DNA of 20,000 bases from an uncultured virus (IMG/VR IMGVR_UViG_3300017714_000002). Its lineage: Duplodnaviria; Heunggongvirae; Uroviricota; Caudoviricetes. Under the pieces are notes generated by a model. That model made no database searches and was not told the DNA's origin. It saw only the letters and a program-made list of their open reading frames with translations. The stretch lies in the IMG/VR virus record IMGVR_UViG_3300017714_000002, one strand, 5' to 3'. The translations under genes and the position numbers were made by a program. This document shows positions 17,461-20,000 of this stretch, piece by piece (within the stretch, counting starts at the first letter, position 1; every line of letters starts with the position of its first letter).

Positions 17461-17590
17461 CGGGTTGTGCCGTAATACACACGTTTAACACTCACGGTTA
17501 AGTGTTAAGGACATATAACTAAAATAAAATACACACAAAGGATATTACAGGACAGGGCCCTTTTGAAACAAAGCCCAACGCAGGACATAC
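17461..17590 (+). ncRNA. candidate structured ncRNA downstream of tRNA-Leu
   Basis: No long ORF; hairpins at 17461-17483, 17485-17508 and 17555-17576; loops CCGT/ACGG are complementary; repeated AGGA motifs. Family not recognised. Confidence 0.45.
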
Positions 17591-17698
17591 AAAACAAAGA
17601 CTAAATATAAAGAAGTACAAAATTACAAGAAGTAAATGAATAACATTGGAGTAAGCACTCAAGTAGGTTTATAGACGGTGTAGCTAGGAAAGGAATTT

Positions 17699-17905
17699 AT
17701 GTTGAAAGAAATAATTTTAGCGGCGGCAAAGAAACACGCAGAAGCAGAAATTGACCTTCATAAAGCTAACATTGAGGTTTATATGAGGCAAGTAGTAGGT
17801 ATTGGCGAACATTCAGACATCGTTGAAACGATCCAAAAAGAGCTAGATAAAATGGCTACTGCACATGACAGACTTGAAATGCTTAACAAATATTTCAAAG
17901 ACTAA
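17699..17905 (+). CDS. small conserved phage protein (VGIGEHSDI motif)
   Basis: AAGGA RBS; helical hairpin with a GIGEHSDI turn, recalled from marine T4-like phages; function unknown. Confidence 0.85.
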   Translation: MLKEIILAAAKKHAEAEIDLHKANIEVYMRQVVGIGEHSDIVETIQKELDKMATAHDRLEMLNKYFKD

Positions 17906-17910
17906 ACTTT

Positions 17911-17943
17911 AGTTAACACATTTAGGTGTGTTAACTTTTTTTT
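17911..17943 (+). terminator. rho-independent terminator
   Basis: AGTTAACACA-TTTAGG-TGTGTTAACT 10 bp stem followed by a T run ending at 17943. Confidence 0.8.
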
Positions 17944-18019
17944 GGGGGATTAGCTCAGTTGGGAGAGCGCCTGATTTGCATTCAGGAGGTCGCAGGTTCG
18001 ATTCCTGTATCCTCCACCA
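17944..18019 (+). tRNA. tRNA-Ala(TGC)
   Basis: Acceptor GGGGGAT/ATCCTCC with the G3:U70 Ala determinant, CCTGA-TTTGCAT-TCAGG, encoded CCA; 76 nt. Confidence 0.97.
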
Positions 18020-18036
18020 TTAAAAAAGAGATTCAT

Positions 18037-18981
18037 ATGGATATAATTATATACCAAAATAATACAGGTTCAGCACCAGCAATTAACTGGTGGTTATCAC
18101 AAGAATTAAACATAGGTCCAGAACTATATGCATTTAATGATGGGTATTGTAGACCTAGAGGACATCACGTAGGCGGTGTATTAATAGAAGATAGTCAATC
18201 GCCTTATCATGAAAAACATAGAAAATCATTAACACTACTAGAAACAACAAATCAACAGCCTAGCAATGTACCGCAGAGTGTTGTAGTAAATGGAAAACTA
18301 GTTAAGCACAATCCAGCCCATGAAGGAACTATTGATGTAACAAAACCTTTTATTAAAGATAAAAGTAAATTTGATTATTTTGTTTGGAGTAACTATGGCG
18401 GCAATTTAGTTAATCCAGAAACTATAATCAAAGCAGACAAAACTTTATTAGTTGATAATAGTGTTGAAGAACAGATGTTTTTTTATATAAGCCAGTATGC
18501 ATTCGCTTGGATTGAAACTCCAGATGATATTATTGAACAAACTGAATCATGGATACAAGAACATACCAGTGTTGAAAATTGGAAAGAAGTTTGGTATAAA
18601 AAATATCATGATGCTATGTTACGTAGATGGAAAGATGGAGATTTAAAATATATGTGGCAATTAAATTTTGCTCATAACGATTTAAGAACTGCATTAGAAA
18701 ATGGTAAAGATGATATTGATTTTATTGATGCAGAAGATCATAAAAGACTATTTGAAGTAAAAAGCCAAGAAGCAGATTTTACAGAAACACTTTTCTCATA
18801 TACAAATAAAGAAATAGATCATATTGTTGTTGGAGATGACTGGTTTACTAAAACAGAAGACATTATGGCATATTTGGGAATAGTTAATTCTTTTAGACTA
18901 AAAAAATATTTAATTGATTATATTAAAGTATATAAACAGAAAAAACAGTTATATACAGAAACATTTTCACAATATCTATAA
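18037..18981 (+). CDS. hypothetical protein (314 aa)
   Basis: Start corrected to ATG 18037 because the ORF-track start lies inside tRNA-Ala. Confidence 0.8.
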   Translation: MDIIIYQNNTGSAPAINWWLSQELNIGPELYAFNDGYCRPRGHHVGGVLIEDSQSPYHEKHRKSLTLLETTNQQPSNVPQSVVVNGKLVKHNPAHEGTIDVTKPFIKDKSKFDYFVWSNYGGNLVNPETIIKADKTLLVDNSVEEQMFFYISQYAFAWIETPDDIIEQTESWIQEHTSVENWKEVWYKKYHDAMLRRWKDGDLKYMWQLNFAHNDLRTALENGKDDIDFIDAEDHKRLFEVKSQEADFTETLFSYTNKEIDHIVVGDDWFTKTEDIMAYLGIVNSFRLKKYLIDYIKVYKQKKQLYTETFSQYL

Positions 18982-18984
18982 ATA
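18977..18984 (+). promoter_or_regulatory. T4-type late promoter TATAAATA
   Basis: Exact consensus overlapping the upstream stop; AGGA RBS follows. Confidence 0.75.
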
Positions 18985-19008
18985 CTAATAGAATAGGAAA
19001 ACATTAAA

Positions 19009-19479
19009 ATGAGAAACGTATATATTATACTAGGATTGGCAACAATACTTACAATAGCTCAATTATTATTTGGGCCAGCAGTAGCAAAAGAAGTTGAAAT
19101 GAAAGTATACAATTACGAAATTACTAGAGTGATTGATGGAGATACAGTAGCATTTGCGGCGCCATTTCTTCCGGCACCACTCAAACAAGAATTAAGTATA
19201 AGAGTATATGGAGTTGACACGCCAGAAAAAGGTTGGAGAGCTGAATGCGAATCAGAAGCCAAGTGGGGTGAAGAAGCATCACAGTTTACCAAAGATCAAT
19301 TAAACAATGCTAAAAAATTACAAGTAGCGATTGCTAAATGGGATAAATTTGGTGGCAGAGTGTTAGGCGACATTATTATTGATGGTAAAAGTCTTAGACA
19401 TATGCTTATTGAAAACGGCTTTGCCAGAGAATATTATGGCGACAAAAAAGAGACTTGGTGCAAACCAAAACGAAAATAA
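19009..19479 (+). CDS. thermonuclease (SNase family) with N-terminal signal/anchor
   Basis: RVIDGDT, IRVYGVDTPE, DKFGGRVLG and LIENGFA motifs; hydrophobic N-terminus ending AVA. Confidence 0.92.
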   Translation: MRNVYIILGLATILTIAQLLFGPAVAKEVEMKVYNYEITRVIDGDTVAFAAPFLPAPLKQELSIRVYGVDTPEKGWRAECESEAKWGEEASQFTKDQLNNAKKLQVAIAKWDKFGGRVLGDIIIDGKSLRHMLIENGFAREYYGDKKETWCKPKRK

Positions 19480-19486
19480 TCTAGTC

Positions 19487-19515
19487 TTGACATTTCAGTA
19501 AAACAGTAGTATAAT
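19487..19515 (+). promoter_or_regulatory. perfect sigma70 promoter TTGACA-N17-TATAAT
   Basis: TTGACA 19487-19492, TATAAT 19510-19515, directly upstream of tRNA-Asp. Confidence 0.9.
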
Positions 19516-19528
19516 TAAAACTTAAATT

Positions 19529-19605
19529 GGGGGTGTAGCTCAGTTGGTTAGAGCGTCTGCCTGTCACGCAGAAGGCCGAGGGTTCGAGTCCCTTCACTCT
19601 CGCCA
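19529..19605 (+). tRNA. tRNA-Asp(GTC)
   Basis: Acceptor GGGGGTG/CACTCTC, TCTGC-CTGTCAC-GCAGA, discriminator G, encoded CCA; 77 nt. Confidence 0.96.
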
Positions 19606-19623
19606 TTAAGAATTGGAGAAGTA

Positions 19624-20000
19624 ATGTATAAAGTATCAGCATACTTTAGAGATCACAAGGTTGTTGAAAAGTTTCACGATCTGTATGATGCAATAGATTT
19701 TAGAGATAGTGCAGATGCTAACTATCCTAAAAAAGTAAAATTTGAAAAGGTGAAAGATATGAGAGAATGGGTTTATGATTGTTGGAATAGTGTAATGGAT
19801 GATAAGAGAAATCCATTAAGTAATATTCCAGATTTTAGTACACGACATATGATTATGCAAGTATTGGCATGGATGTGGTGTACAGTATTTGGCATTATTG
19901 TAGGTAGTATGTATATGGGTGTGTTCAGCATGGTATTACATACACTATTGTTAGGTGCTATTGCAGTTACAGTAGCAACATTTGAAACTGCAAAACGTAA
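19624..20000 (+). CDS. membrane protein, 3'-truncated by window edge (not in ORF track)
   Basis: GGAG RBS, ATG 19624, open to the end: MYKVSAYFRD...MREWVYDCWNSVMD...RHMIMQVLAWMWCTVFGII...HTLLLGAIAVTVATFETAKR; two hydrophobic helices. Confidence 0.85.
   Translation, partial: MYKVSAYFRDHKVVEKFHDLYDAIDFRDSADANYPKKVKFEKVKDMREWVYDCWNSVMDDKRNPLSNIPDFSTRHMIMQVLAWMWCTVFGIIVGSMYMGVFSMVLHTLLLGAIAVTVATFETAKR

Noticed and set aside
17959..18036. N-terminal extension of the 340-aa ORF
   Set aside because: It is a translation of tRNA-Ala; ATG 18037 is the plausible start.
1..20000. Stop-codon reassignment as in some large phages
   Set aside because: TAG ends nrdA at its normal CxxC terminus, TGA ends coupled genes, ORFs are full length in code 11, and no suppressor tRNA is present (the Leu anticodon TAG reads CTA).

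Overview
This is an AT-rich, gene-dense, entirely + strand segment of a large T4-like (myovirus/jumbo-type) bacteriophage genome. The evidence is T4-type late promoters (NATAAATA/CTAAATA), consensus sigma70 promoters, a PAAR spike gene, nrdAB-glutaredoxin and four CCA-ending tRNAs. From 1 to 6.5 kb is a late cluster of mostly unnamed, probable head/virion proteins, led by an ATP-dependent-ligase-fold protein. At 6.5-7.2 kb is a PD-(D/E)XK exonuclease with an apparently leaderless sigma70 transcript. From 7.2 to 16.2 kb are a fibre-like protein, class Ia ribonucleotide reductase, glutaredoxin, PAAR, a fibre-like virion protein and a subtilisin protease. From 16.3 to 20 kb is an accessory region with tRNA-Thr/Leu/Ala/Asp, a thermonuclease and small genes. 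The most notable unexplained signals are: a candidate structured ncRNA directly behind tRNA-Leu (complementary hairpin loops plus repeated GGA motifs); a ligase-like protein that may be capsid-packaged and protease-matured; a -1 slippery heptamer that would fuse the fibre-like protein to the subtilisin; and a terminator abutting tRNA-Ala. All family calls come from motif recognition by eye. No searches were run.
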